The position numbers and the translations under genes are program-made. From a virus: a stretch of 64,000 nucleotides of DNA. A model generated the notes under the pieces. The model had not been told where the DNA came from, searched no databases, and worked only from the letters and a program-made list of their open reading frames with translations. Of this stretch, positions 27,605 to 37,993 are shown one piece after another; the first letter of the stretch is position 1; each line of letters opens with the position of its first letter. Location of the stretch: the IMG/VR virus record IMGVR_UViG_3300027659_000031, positions 3,085 through 67,084 of that record. One strand, 5' to 3'.

Positions 27605-28202
27605 AGATACAAAAATATATGGGTCATTTTCCACTAATCCTGGCAATAATGGCTGTGTGTTCTTTAATAATAAATTTAAAGAAAATAATGTAAACGCTAT
27701 ATATAAATCTTTCTATTCTAATAATATAGAAGATTCTGTATTAGCAGCTAAATCGTTGCAATTTTCAGGGTTTGCTATTAGTATGCCATTTAAAACAGAA
27801 GTGCTGAAGTATATAGACAGCGTGGATTATGCTGTTAAACAAATAGGAGCTGCAAATACTATAGTTAATAAAGATGGCAAATTAAAAGCTTATAATACAG
27901 ATTGCACGGCTTTGTATAACTATCTGAAAAGTAGTAAAATAGACTCACTTACAATATTAGGAAACGGAGGATTCAGTAAAGCTCTACAATATACATGTGA
28001 GCTCCTAAATATAAAATATTCAGTTGTTTTGAGACATGATTTTGAAAATGTTCCTAATCTCAAAGGATATGTATTTAATGCCACACCAATTGATGTAGAA
28101 GTAGAAGGTACTTTAATTGATGGCAGACCGTTTACAGATGAAGGAAAAAAAATTGCAAGACTACAAGCAGAGGAACAATATAAAATTTATATGAATGAAT
28201 AA
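27588..28202 (+). CDS. shikimate dehydrogenase-like oxidoreductase (truncated)
   Basis: ISMPFK, IGAANT, YNTD, LGNGG, NATP. Confidence 0.75.
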   Translation: MILINKDTKIYGSFSTNPGNNGCVFFNNKFKENNVNAIYKSFYSNNIEDSVLAAKSLQFSGFAISMPFKTEVLKYIDSVDYAVKQIGAANTIVNKDGKLKAYNTDCTALYNYLKSSKIDSLTILGNGGFSKALQYTCELLNIKYSVVLRHDFENVPNLKGYVFNATPIDVEVEGTLIDGRPFTDEGKKIARLQAEEQYKIYMNE

Positions 28203-29160
28203 CATAAAGTACTTTATAGGACCTATGTCTAAAAATGTTGTGGATGCTATAACTGATTTTTGCAATAAAACAGGAAATAATATAGCTTTAATACCTTCTA
28301 GAAGACAGGTAGAGTGGAGTGGTGGATATGTAAATAATTGGACTACAGAAGAATTTAGTAAGTACACGCCACTATTAAAACAGAGAGATCATTCAGGACC
28401 AGGCCAAGGTATAGTAGATGATGATGGATACGAATCATTAAAATATGATTGTCAGTATTTAGATCTTATTCATATTGATCCATGGAAAAAATATCCTGTA
28501 TTTACTGATGGATTAAAAGAGACAATTAAAATGATTGAATATTGCTATCAGCTAAATCCTAAGATACAATACGAAGTTGCTACTGAAGAATCAATTAGAA
28601 GATTTGAACCATATGAATTATCAGACCTAATGCACCAACTTAAGAGTAGGTTATTTGCAGAAGTTTATAGTAGAATAAAGTATCTGGTTATACAATCTGG
28701 TACTTCTTTAAAAGGAACTAATCAAACAGGTGTGTATGATTCTGAAAGATTAAAAGATATGATATCTGTTTGTAAACAATTTAAAATATTATCTAAAGAA
28801 CATAATGGTGATTATATCCCAGTATCTGTTATAAAAGAAAAATTTTCATTAGGTTTAGATGCGATCAATATAGCTCCTGAATTTGGTCTTATAGAAACAC
28901 AAACTTATCTTAATGAAATTAAAGATAGTAAAACATTAGATAGATTTTGGCAAATATGCTATGATTCTAAGAAGTGGATTAAGTGGGTAAACCCAAGTTT
29001 TGACCCGTACGTGAATAAGATAGACCTTATAAAAATATGCGGTCATTATGTACTATCACATCCTGAATTTATAAACGAGATCAAAGAACAATTTGATGAT
29101 ATAGACGCAAGAATAAAAAACAATATTAAAAATAAATTAATAGAATTGTATGGATACTAG
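28195..29160 (+). CDS. GatZ/KbaZ-like TIM-barrel (tagatose aldolase/epimerase family)
   Basis: SRRQV..GGY, DH.GP, IHIDP, EVATEE, KEHNGDY, NIAPEFG. Confidence 0.65.
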   Translation: MNNIKYFIGPMSKNVVDAITDFCNKTGNNIALIPSRRQVEWSGGYVNNWTTEEFSKYTPLLKQRDHSGPGQGIVDDDGYESLKYDCQYLDLIHIDPWKKYPVFTDGLKETIKMIEYCYQLNPKIQYEVATEESIRRFEPYELSDLMHQLKSRLFAEVYSRIKYLVIQSGTSLKGTNQTGVYDSERLKDMISVCKQFKILSKEHNGDYIPVSVIKEKFSLGLDAINIAPEFGLIETQTYLNEIKDSKTLDRFWQICYDSKKWIKWVNPSFDPYVNKIDLIKICGHYVLSHPEFINEIKEQFDDIDARIKNNIKNKLIELYGY

Positions 29161-29509
29161 ACCTGCTACTATATTTTGCGATATAGATGGAACTCTAACT
29201 AAGCACACACTACCTACTGTATCTCAACTTCCATCTAATAAAATGGTACTGTTGGATGGTACTTTAGATAAATTAAATGAGTGGGATAAAAAAGGATATA
29301 GGATTATTCTGACAACAGGTAGAAAGGAAGGATTGAGAGCACAAACAGAAAAACAATTGCAAGAAGCAGGAATAATATATGACCAGCTTATTATGGGAAT
29401 AGGTGGAGGTCCTAGATACTTAATTAATGATAAGAAGCCAGATGGCAGAGAGGTAGCTAAAGCCATTAATATAAATAGGAATGAAGGAATTAAAAATGTA
29501 GAGTTGTGA
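29150..29509 (+). CDS. small HAD-superfamily phosphatase
   Basis: DIDGTL, LTTGR, YDQLIMG, INDK. Confidence 0.8.
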   Translation: MDTRPATIFCDIDGTLTKHTLPTVSQLPSNKMVLLDGTLDKLNEWDKKGYRIILTTGRKEGLRAQTEKQLQEAGIIYDQLIMGIGGGPRYLINDKKPDGREVAKAININRNEGIKNVEL

Positions 29510-30639
29510 GTGAATTTAGAAATAAAAGTCTTTTAGATACAAATTCAGATCTTGAACATTTGCATACATTTAAAAGTGTTCCTGTATCAATGGGATGCAC
29601 TTCTAATGATAGGAGCGGAGATATAGTTGCAGACCAAATATGGGACATTTGTAAAAACACAGGCATCATCCAGTTAAGAAACCCTTTAGATTTAGATATA
29701 GTATATAAGTTTCCCCATAATGATGGAATAGGCAATGTTTGGGAAACGCACTATCAAAAATTTACAGACTTTATAACTGGGTGCAATATATCTAATGTAA
29801 TTGAAATAGGAGGCGGAACAGGAAGACTCGGTAAGTTATTTCTACAAAAGAATGTAAATTCTAAATGGACTATGATTGAACCTAATCATACATACCAACC
29901 TATTACAATGGAAAACTTTATCCATATTAGAAAGTGGTTTACAGATGATTATGATCTAGGATTTGAATACGATGCTATTGTTCATTCGCACGTTTTTGAA
30001 CATACATATGACCCTAAACAATTTCTCAAGACTATATACAATCAAATATCAGAACATAAGTTACATATATTTAGCTTTCCTAATCTAAAAAAATTTATTA
30101 AAAATAGATTTACTAATGCATTAAATTTTGAACATACAGCCTTTCTTACAGAAGATATCACAGATATTTTATTAAGAGAAGTTGGGTTCTCTACTATAAA
30201 GAAAGATTATTATGGAGAACATAGTATTTTTTATATTTGTAAGAAGTCAAAACCTGAATTGATATCGTATCCTAGTTCTATATATGAAGAAAATAAATTT
30301 TTATTTTTAGATTATATAAATTTTTATAAGAAAGAAATAGAAGGTTTGAATACGAAGATAGAACAGTTTGATGGAAATATCTTTCTTTTCGGAGCACACA
30401 TATTCTCTCAGTTTTTAATATTCAATGGATTAAATACTGATGGAATAAATTGTATATTAGATAATAGTCAAATGAAACAAGGTAACAGACTCTACGGTAC
30501 TAACTTATTTGTAAAGTCGCCTAATATTTTACAACAAGAAACATCAGCCGCTATTATATTAAAAACAGCAGCCTATAATCAGGAAATAAAAGACCAGATA
30601 TTAAATACAATAAATAATAAAGTTAAATTTTTTGAATAA
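29506..30639 (+). CDS. SAM-dependent methyltransferase (NDP-sugar C-methyltransferase-like)
   Basis: EIGGGTG, HVFEH, PN..FEH, C-terminal FGA..ILDNS..KQG.RLYGT domain; GTG start. Confidence 0.75.
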   Translation: MSEFRNKSLLDTNSDLEHLHTFKSVPVSMGCTSNDRSGDIVADQIWDICKNTGIIQLRNPLDLDIVYKFPHNDGIGNVWETHYQKFTDFITGCNISNVIEIGGGTGRLGKLFLQKNVNSKWTMIEPNHTYQPITMENFIHIRKWFTDDYDLGFEYDAIVHSHVFEHTYDPKQFLKTIYNQISEHKLHIFSFPNLKKFIKNRFTNALNFEHTAFLTEDITDILLREVGFSTIKKDYYGEHSIFYICKKSKPELISYPSSIYEENKFLFLDYINFYKKEIEGLNTKIEQFDGNIFLFGAHIFSQFLIFNGLNTDGINCILDNSQMKQGNRLYGTNLFVKSPNILQQETSAAIILKTAAYNQEIKDQILNTINNKVKFFE

Positions 30640-32324
30640 TGATTAGAAATAAGTTTAAAATAATTACACCGTCCTTTAATAATGAGGAATGGGTAGAATA
30701 CAATATAGCAAGTATATTGAATCAAACTTACACTAATTATGAAGTATTATATGTAGATGATAGTTCTACAGATAACACATATAAGAAAGCTTTAGATATA
30801 GTTAAAAATTTATCTAATTGGAAAGTTATAAAAAATGAAATCAATAAAGGTGCTACATACAATTACCTTGAAAATATAGAAAGTTTTGTAGACGATAACG
30901 ATATTCTAATTCATCTAGATGGTGATGATTGGTTTTATGATGAAACTGTTTTAGAAAAACTCAATGACTTTTACAATAATGAAGATGTGTGGATGACATA
31001 CGGAGGTTTTGTATGTTATGATGGTACAGATGAACCTAAATTACCACATCCACAATCTACGCCGCATCCAGACTTTATACATAATCATAAGAAGTATAGA
31101 GAGGATATATGGAGAGCGTCTCACTTAAGAACATATAGGGGATTTTTATTTAAAGCTGTGGATAAAGAAGACATAAAACCTTTGTTAGGAGGAGAATATT
31201 ATTGGCACGCATCTGATCTTGCATTTCAATATCCATGTATGGAAATGTGTCCGAAAGAAAAAATTGGAGTGGTTGATTTTTATACATGCATTTATAATCA
31301 AACTAAATCTAATCAAGTTAGAACTAGAGAAAGAGAGAGCCAAGATAATTCAAAATATGAAGTAGAAATTAGAAATAGAAAAAAGTATAAAGAGGGATTA
31401 AGTGGAGAAAAACTACACCAAGTAAACATATTTAATAAAGATTACTATTTTGAATATAATACTATACCTAAAAAATTTACTTTCTGTTATGAACAATATG
31501 AAGGTGAATACGATATGGTTATGTTGTGTGATCTTTTAGTTCTAGAATATTTAGAAGGTAGACTTAACATTCCTAGGAAGGTTCCAATAGTAGCAAGACT
31601 TCTTGAACAAAGAGAATATTATCAGAATAGAATTTTTGAAGCTGTTATAAAAAATTATGATAAGTTAGACTGCGTTTTAACTTTTGATAGAGAATTATTA
31701 AAAAAAATACCGAATGCAGTATTTTTCCCTCCAACAGAAGTTACACAGTTTAACAGACTTCCTAATCCTGCTAATCACCCCCCAATGAAATCTCCATCGT
31801 TTGAAGGATATGAACTTCCTAATAACTTATATCAAATTTATTCCAAGTCTAAATTAGTATCCTCAGTGGTATCTACAAAAGCATTTCTACCTGGACACGT
31901 AAAGAGACTTAATTTTATAAAGGCTATACAGAATAAAATAGATATCTATGGTAGAGGTATAAGAGAAATACCTAGCAAGCTAGAAGGAATAAAAGACTAT
32001 ATGTTTAGTGTTGCTATTGAAAACATATCTTGCGATGATAACTACTTCTCAGAAAAGATCATTGATTGTTTTTTAACTGGCACTATTCCTGTCTATCATG
32101 GATGTATTCATATAGGAGAGTTTTTTGATGAGAGAGGTATACTATCTTTTAAAACACAAGAAGAGCTAGATGCAATCATAGATAGCCTTAGTCCAGAAAA
32201 ATATCAATCTATGTTAGAGTATGCAAAAATAAACTTTGATAAATGCTTTGACTGGGCTTTAGATAATGATATGGCTTATGAAAAGTATTATAAACAAATT
32301 ATATTGAATGGAACTTCTCTTTAA
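30639..32324 (+). CDS. bifunctional glycosyltransferase: GT2 + GT10 (fucosyltransferase)-like
   Basis: N-terminal ITPSFN, DDSSTD, LDGDDW; C-terminal YMFSVAIEN..NYFSEKIIDCFLTGTIPVYHG. Confidence 0.8.
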   Translation: MIRNKFKIITPSFNNEEWVEYNIASILNQTYTNYEVLYVDDSSTDNTYKKALDIVKNLSNWKVIKNEINKGATYNYLENIESFVDDNDILIHLDGDDWFYDETVLEKLNDFYNNEDVWMTYGGFVCYDGTDEPKLPHPQSTPHPDFIHNHKKYREDIWRASHLRTYRGFLFKAVDKEDIKPLLGGEYYWHASDLAFQYPCMEMCPKEKIGVVDFYTCIYNQTKSNQVRTRERESQDNSKYEVEIRNRKKYKEGLSGEKLHQVNIFNKDYYFEYNTIPKKFTFCYEQYEGEYDMVMLCDLLVLEYLEGRLNIPRKVPIVARLLEQREYYQNRIFEAVIKNYDKLDCVLTFDRELLKKIPNAVFFPPTEVTQFNRLPNPANHPPMKSPSFEGYELPNNLYQIYSKSKLVSSVVSTKAFLPGHVKRLNFIKAIQNKIDIYGRGIREIPSKLEGIKDYMFSVAIENISCDDNYFSEKIIDCFLTGTIPVYHGCIHIGEFFDERGILSFKTQEELDAIIDSLSPEKYQSMLEYAKINFDKCFDWALDNDMAYEKYYKQIILNGTSL

Positions 32325-33459
32325 TGTATATCTTACAGATAGTCCTGGCAATCTATATAGTAAGCTAGATAGAGGTAATTTACCACAGACTAAAAAGTTG
32401 GATGTTACCAAATATAGCCTATCTAGTTTATCTAAAATGTACCCATGGAAAAATGCTATTATAAATGTAGAATTAGATTCTAGAATATATAAAGAAGACG
32501 ACTATAAAGATTTAGAGACTTATATATCAAAAGAATTTTCTGGTATGCAATTTACATTCTCTAGAAAGCGGGTTTGTTTACAGAATGACTGGATAGAAAT
32601 ATATCAAAAATTAAATAGCAACTTTGTTTTTTATTTAGGCAATCATGATCATATTTTTGTAGATTCAACAAATGAATACCTATTAACCTTATTAGAGTCT
32701 GCTAAAACAAACTGTGGTTCGTATACGACATTAGTTATGAGTCATTGGCCAGAGAATATAAGATGGGCAAAATCTGGTTACATAGATCTTCATCAATCTA
32801 TTCCTACTAAACTAAACAAAAATTATAGGATAGATGAAAACAATTTATATTATCAAGATATTTCTATAGATAGTTTAAATATTTTAAGTAAAGAAATTTT
32901 AAAAGATTGGATATTAACTGGTGATTGGGGAAATAAAGTTATACCTAGAATGGATGGAATAGGAGCTAACTCAATACTAACTATTAGGAATGCAATAGGA
33001 ATACCATTACCAGAACAGGAGATCATAATACCATTCAAAGAACAATTAAGACATTTTGATGGTTATATGCATCAAATGATAAGTAATAATGTGTGTCCTG
33101 CCTTAACTATACCAGATGGATTCTTTAATAATCAAATAAAAATTAGATTTGGATATAATAATTATAAAGAAGGTTGGGTAAATATAAATTCTATGATACA
33201 GAATTATAGGGCGCATGATATTAATGGAGTTGATGATAAAATTTTGATTGAAGATATACCTCTTTTCTGGAAAAATAAAATAGTGGAAATTGATAAGAAT
33301 CCAGATATTGATGAAGAGTTAATGATTCAATATAGATTATCAGCTGTATTAAATATGGTATATTCTGATGACAGATACAATCCATATATAGACAAAGATA
33401 CAGAGACTAAAGTATTAAACGAATACTTAAATAATTATAAACAATATAAATTAGTATGA
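32308..33459 (+). CDS. hypothetical protein, possible glycosyltransferase
   Basis: FYLGNHDHIF DxD-like segment; cluster context. Confidence 0.5.
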   Translation: MELLFNVYLTDSPGNLYSKLDRGNLPQTKKLDVTKYSLSSLSKMYPWKNAIINVELDSRIYKEDDYKDLETYISKEFSGMQFTFSRKRVCLQNDWIEIYQKLNSNFVFYLGNHDHIFVDSTNEYLLTLLESAKTNCGSYTTLVMSHWPENIRWAKSGYIDLHQSIPTKLNKNYRIDENNLYYQDISIDSLNILSKEILKDWILTGDWGNKVIPRMDGIGANSILTIRNAIGIPLPEQEIIIPFKEQLRHFDGYMHQMISNNVCPALTIPDGFFNNQIKIRFGYNNYKEGWVNINSMIQNYRAHDINGVDDKILIEDIPLFWKNKIVEIDKNPDIDEELMIQYRLSAVLNMVYSDDRYNPYIDKDTETKVLNEYLNNYKQYKLV

Positions 33460-34412
33460 CAAAGGTAGTTTACGTAACAGGTTGTTTTGGGCTTATAGGA
33501 AGTCACATAACAAGAGCATGTTTAGAAAAAGGTTGGTACGTTAAAGGAGTTGATTCATTAACTTACGCAGCAAATAAAGATTTAATTGAAGAGTTTTCTT
33601 TATACAATAAGTTCTCTCTTGTAAAAGATGATATAAATAATCTTAAGTTTTTATATGAGTGTGATTATATCATTAATACAGCAGCAGAAACTCATGTAGG
33701 CAATTCAATAGCCAATTCAGATAAGTTTATAACTTCTAATATTAATGGAGTTCATAACTTACTTGAATTGTTAAGAAAATATAGACAAGAAACAACTAAG
33801 CTTCCCGTATTACTTCACTTTTCAACTGATGAAGTATATGGAGATATTGAAGACGGTGCACATACAGAGAAGGACTTACTTAAACCATCTAATCCATATT
33901 CAGCAACTAAAGCCGCAGCCGACCAATTAATACTTGCTTGGGGTAGAACGTATAAAATTCCCTACGTTATAGTAAGACCAACTAATAATTATGGAATTGG
34001 CCAGTATGTAGAAAAGCTTATTCCTAAAGCTTGCAAGTATTTAACTTTAGATAGAAAGATACCTTTGCATAATGGAGGATCTCCAATAAGAAATTGGTTA
34101 CATGCCGCAGATACAGCAGAAGCAATAATTACTATAATTGAATCAGGAGTTCAAAATGAAATATTCAATATTGCTGGAGGGCATGAACAAAGTAATTTAT
34201 CCACTATAAAGAAAGTTATACAAAATTATACTGGATTAAGTATATTTGATGTAAATGAATATATAGATACCGACTATTCAAGACCCGGTCAAGATGTTAG
34301 ATATGCCTTAGATGATAGTAAATTAAAAAGTCTTGGTTGGGAACCTAAAAAGAAATTTGATTCAGAGATACAAAAAATTGTAAAGTATTATAAATCAAAG
34401 TTTATATGGTAG
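33456..34412 (+). CDS. dTDP-glucose 4,6-dehydratase (RmlB-like)
   Basis: AAETHV, STDEVYG, PYSATKAAAD, NNYG..Q..EKLIP, RPGQDVRY. Confidence 0.85.
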   Translation: MTKVVYVTGCFGLIGSHITRACLEKGWYVKGVDSLTYAANKDLIEEFSLYNKFSLVKDDINNLKFLYECDYIINTAAETHVGNSIANSDKFITSNINGVHNLLELLRKYRQETTKLPVLLHFSTDEVYGDIEDGAHTEKDLLKPSNPYSATKAAADQLILAWGRTYKIPYVIVRPTNNYGIGQYVEKLIPKACKYLTLDRKIPLHNGGSPIRNWLHAADTAEAIITIIESGVQNEIFNIAGGHEQSNLSTIKKVIQNYTGLSIFDVNEYIDTDYSRPGQDVRYALDDSKLKSLGWEPKKKFDSEIQKIVKYYKSKFIW

Positions 34413-35374
34413 AAAATAAGAAAAGACTGATTATAGCTAATATGTATAGAGCAAAGAATAAATCTGCATTCTTTGCACTACATCAGGCTATAAATAAACT
34501 ACCTGAGTTTGATATAGAGTTTCATATATTGTGGGATGATATAAACTATAAGGATGAATGGACTAATAAAATAGATAGTTTAAATTGTAAAATAGTAGCA
34601 TATACTAAACAACAGCTAGATCAATATTGTTTAGAATATGGAGTCCTTCAAGAGTTTATAGATAAATTTATTAAGTTTAAAGCAATATATTTTATTCTCC
34701 ATGGACATTACTTAAAGAAAAATAATATAACTAACTACTACTTAATATATGATGATGATATAGTATTAGCCGAAGACATTTCTGAGTTTAAACAATGTTT
34801 ACTTGAGGAGATACCTTGTTTAGTACACGAACCTTTGAATGCAAATTGTGATAAAGTACTTGCAAATAATTTATTTAATCTATATCAAGATTCATACGAG
34901 TATTATAGACAAGTAAATCCTCAGATGCTTGGTTTTAATGCTGGTATTCAAGGAATTAGTTTAGATGTGTATGAGGATTTTATCCAACCAGAGTATTTCT
35001 TTTTTATGTTAAACTTATTTAATTATAATGGAATATACGATGAGAATGCAAAAGAGATAACCGGCTTTCAAAGAACTATGATTGATACTCAACAACAATC
35101 ATTCTTTGGAATTATGAATATCATAAGATCGAAAAGAACTCCTCATATATTAACACCTGAGCAATACTTCGTATGTCCTAATTGGGGATATCATCCATTA
35201 TATGGTAATATAGATCCGGCAAATCAATACGGAGGGTGGGATGTAAATATGAAGTCTAAGATTATTCATTTTATAGGACATACAGTACTAGAGGGAATTA
35301 ATTATGGAAAACCAGAAATGTATCATAAATTAGTAGATCAATATTTAAAAAATCAAGATGTTTATGAATGTTAA
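34406..35374 (+). CDS. putative GT-A glycosyltransferase
   Basis: YDDDIV (DxD), FNAG, QQ and IIHFIG. Confidence 0.55.
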   Translation: MVENKKRLIIANMYRAKNKSAFFALHQAINKLPEFDIEFHILWDDINYKDEWTNKIDSLNCKIVAYTKQQLDQYCLEYGVLQEFIDKFIKFKAIYFILHGHYLKKNNITNYYLIYDDDIVLAEDISEFKQCLLEEIPCLVHEPLNANCDKVLANNLFNLYQDSYEYYRQVNPQMLGFNAGIQGISLDVYEDFIQPEYFFFMLNLFNYNGIYDENAKEITGFQRTMIDTQQQSFFGIMNIIRSKRTPHILTPEQYFVCPNWGYHPLYGNIDPANQYGGWDVNMKSKIIHFIGHTVLEGINYGKPEMYHKLVDQYLKNQDVYEC

Positions 35375-37148
35375 AGTAAGTGATGTTATTGCAGACTACT
35401 TAAAACAAAAAGGTATAGAAGTAGTATTTGGTATTATAGGATCTGCAAATTCTCATATATTTGATTCAATTAATAAATTAGGTTACACTAAGATTATTAA
35501 TACACATCATGAACAAGCTGCAGTACTTGCAATGGGTGCATACTATAGAGCATCAGGTAAATTATCTGCAACTATAGTTACAGCAGGAGGAGGATCAACT
35601 AATGCTGTTACAGGAGTAGTAAGTAACTGGGCAGACTCTATACCTGGAATCATTATCTCAGGACAAGAGAACTACAACTATGTTAGTACTCAAGAATCAT
35701 TGAGGATGTATGGTACTCAAGGATTGAATATGACTAAGATGGTATCAGAAGTAACTAAGAAAGCAATTGCTTTTGATAATGAAATGAATATTCAAACTAT
35801 ATTAGAAACGCTTGATCATATAACAAGCGTAGGAAGACCAGGCCCAGTATGGTTAGATATTCCAATGAATTTACAAGCTAAGATGGTTAATAAAAGAAAT
35901 TGGGATTTCATTGAACCAGTTAAAATAGAAACAGATATAGAATTAATTATAGATGAAATTAATAAGTCTAAAAGACCAGTTATAATAGGAGGCAATGGTA
36001 TTAGATTATCAGGAGCAAAAAAACAATTCAATCGATTATTGGATTATGCAAAAATCCCTACGCTACTTACTTGGTCAGGTATAGACTTATTAGATAGTGA
36101 GAATCCTAACTTCTTTGGTAGGTTTGGCTTATATGGACAAAGAGCCGCAAACTTTATTGTACAAAATGCTGATTTAGTACTTGTATTAGGAAGTAGATTG
36201 GCCCTACCCCAAGTAGGATATGACTTTAACCAATTTGCAAGAGGCGCAAAGATAATTGTAGTAGACATAGATGAACTTGAAGGAACTAAATATCCAGTTG
36301 ATTTTGTTTGGGGAGATTGTAAAGAAGTTATAGAAAGTCTAATTCAATCTTCTCATATGATGTGGGGATATAAAAAAGAGTGGGTAAATAAATGTATAGA
36401 ATTAAAAGAAAGGTATCCTTTAGTAGATGAAACTATTCATAAAGATAATGGATACTTAAACTCGTATAAGTTCATAACTAAGATGTCTGACTATTTGAAA
36501 GATGATCATATAGTTGTAACTGATATGGGAACTGCTTTATTAAGTGGACATCAAAACATAAAGCTTAAACCTAACCAGACTATGTTTACATCGCAAGGTC
36601 TAGGTGAGATGGGTTATGGCCTTCCTGCTGCATTAGGCGCAGCTCTTGCATGCCCAAACAAGCCTGTGTTATGTATGAACTGTGATGGTGGAATGATGAT
36701 GAACATACAAGAACTTCATACCATTATAGAGAATGATCTTCCTATTAAGATTATCATCTTTAATAATGATGGGTACTTAATGATCAAGCATACTCAAAAG
36801 ATGTTATTTAAAGGAGACTATGTTAGTGTAAATAAAAAGACTGGAATAGGGCTACCTAATTATAATAAAGTTATGCCTGCATTCGGGTATAAGTACTATG
36901 ATATAAAATCATGGGATAATTTTGATCAAGTCATGTCGTATTTCATAAATGAACCAGGACCTGCTTGTTTAGAAGTATTCATGGATCCTGAGCAAGACTT
37001 TATTCCTAAAGTAAAAGGCGTTCATAATGAAGATCATACTATCTTAGCTCCACCAATTGAAGAAATGTCTCCACTACTTTCATATGGAATAATAGAAAAA
37101 GAAATGATAGTAGGAGTTAGTGAAAAATCTAAACTAATTAAACGATGA
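35358..37148 (+). CDS. ThDP-dependent acetolactate synthase-like enzyme (YerE/ErwE-like carboligase)
   Basis: HHEQAA, RPGPVWLDIP, MGYGLPAALGA, CDGG..MNIQEL...NNDGY ThDP motif; lies in sugar cluster. Confidence 0.85.
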   Translation: MFMNVKVSDVIADYLKQKGIEVVFGIIGSANSHIFDSINKLGYTKIINTHHEQAAVLAMGAYYRASGKLSATIVTAGGGSTNAVTGVVSNWADSIPGIIISGQENYNYVSTQESLRMYGTQGLNMTKMVSEVTKKAIAFDNEMNIQTILETLDHITSVGRPGPVWLDIPMNLQAKMVNKRNWDFIEPVKIETDIELIIDEINKSKRPVIIGGNGIRLSGAKKQFNRLLDYAKIPTLLTWSGIDLLDSENPNFFGRFGLYGQRAANFIVQNADLVLVLGSRLALPQVGYDFNQFARGAKIIVVDIDELEGTKYPVDFVWGDCKEVIESLIQSSHMMWGYKKEWVNKCIELKERYPLVDETIHKDNGYLNSYKFITKMSDYLKDDHIVVTDMGTALLSGHQNIKLKPNQTMFTSQGLGEMGYGLPAALGAALACPNKPVLCMNCDGGMMMNIQELHTIIENDLPIKIIIFNNDGYLMIKHTQKMLFKGDYVSVNKKTGIGLPNYNKVMPAFGYKYYDIKSWDNFDQVMSYFINEPGPACLEVFMDPEQDFIPKVKGVHNEDHTILAPPIEEMSPLLSYGIIEKEMIVGVSEKSKLIKR

Positions 37149-37993
37149 TAAAGGCAGGAATTATAGGAACAGGAAATATAGGTACAGACTTATTGTTAAA
37201 AATACTTAAGACTAACTTCATAACGCCAGTTATATTTTCAGGTAGAAGATTAGATTCTGATGGTATGAAGATAGCTATACAAAAGAACATACCTATTACA
37301 GACAAAGGTATACAATACTTCATTGATAATCCTAATTGTTGTGATGTAGTATACGATTGTACAAGCGCTGCAGATGCAAAACTACACGCTAAAGTATTTG
37401 CTGATCAAGGAATTAAAGTTATTGATCTAACTCCTGCTAAAGTAGGACCATTATGTGTACCTAGTATCAACTCTAAAATTATATTAGATTATGATAATGT
37501 AAACATGATCACTTGTGGTGGTCAAGCTTCTATGCCAATGCTTAATCTAATATCTAAGTATTGTGATAAATTAGACTACATAGAAGTTGTATCTCAAATT
37601 GCATCTAAGAGTGCAGGAATGGCAACAAGGATTAATGTTGATTCTTATATCCACACAACTGAGATGGCCATAAAACAATTTACTAAGTGTGAGAATTGTA
37701 AAGTTATAATAAATTTAAATCCTGCTGAGCCATGTGTTGATATGCAAACAACAATGTTCCTGAAGTTTCAGAATATTAATTTTGAAGATTTAGTTGAAGA
37801 AATTTATAAAAAGATTAAAGAGCTAAAGACTTATATACCGCACTATGAATTAGTACTACCACCAGTTATTAATGATGATGTACTTGTACTAAGCATTAAA
37901 GTAAAAGGATCGGGAGATTATCTACCAGAATATGCAGGTAACTTGGATATTATTAACTGTGCTGCAATTGAAGTAACTAAAAATTTATTGTAA
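37145..37993 (+). CDS. mhpF: acetaldehyde dehydrogenase (acylating), DmpF/MhpF family
   Basis: GTGNIGTDL, IDLTPA, NVNMITCGGQA, SAG.ATR.N.D, YAGNLDI. Confidence 0.9.
   Translation: MIKAGIIGTGNIGTDLLLKILKTNFITPVIFSGRRLDSDGMKIAIQKNIPITDKGIQYFIDNPNCCDVVYDCTSAADAKLHAKVFADQGIKVIDLTPAKVGPLCVPSINSKIILDYDNVNMITCGGQASMPMLNLISKYCDKLDYIEVVSQIASKSAGMATRINVDSYIHTTEMAIKQFTKCENCKVIINLNPAEPCVDMQTTMFLKFQNINFEDLVEEIYKKIKELKTYIPHYELVLPPVINDDVLVLSIKVKGSGDYLPEYAGNLDIINCAAIEVTKNLL

Noticed and set aside
35358-37148. Acetolactate synthase for branched-chain amino acid synthesis
   Set aside because: No regulatory subunit, ilvC or ilvD; context favours a YerE-like sugar carboligase
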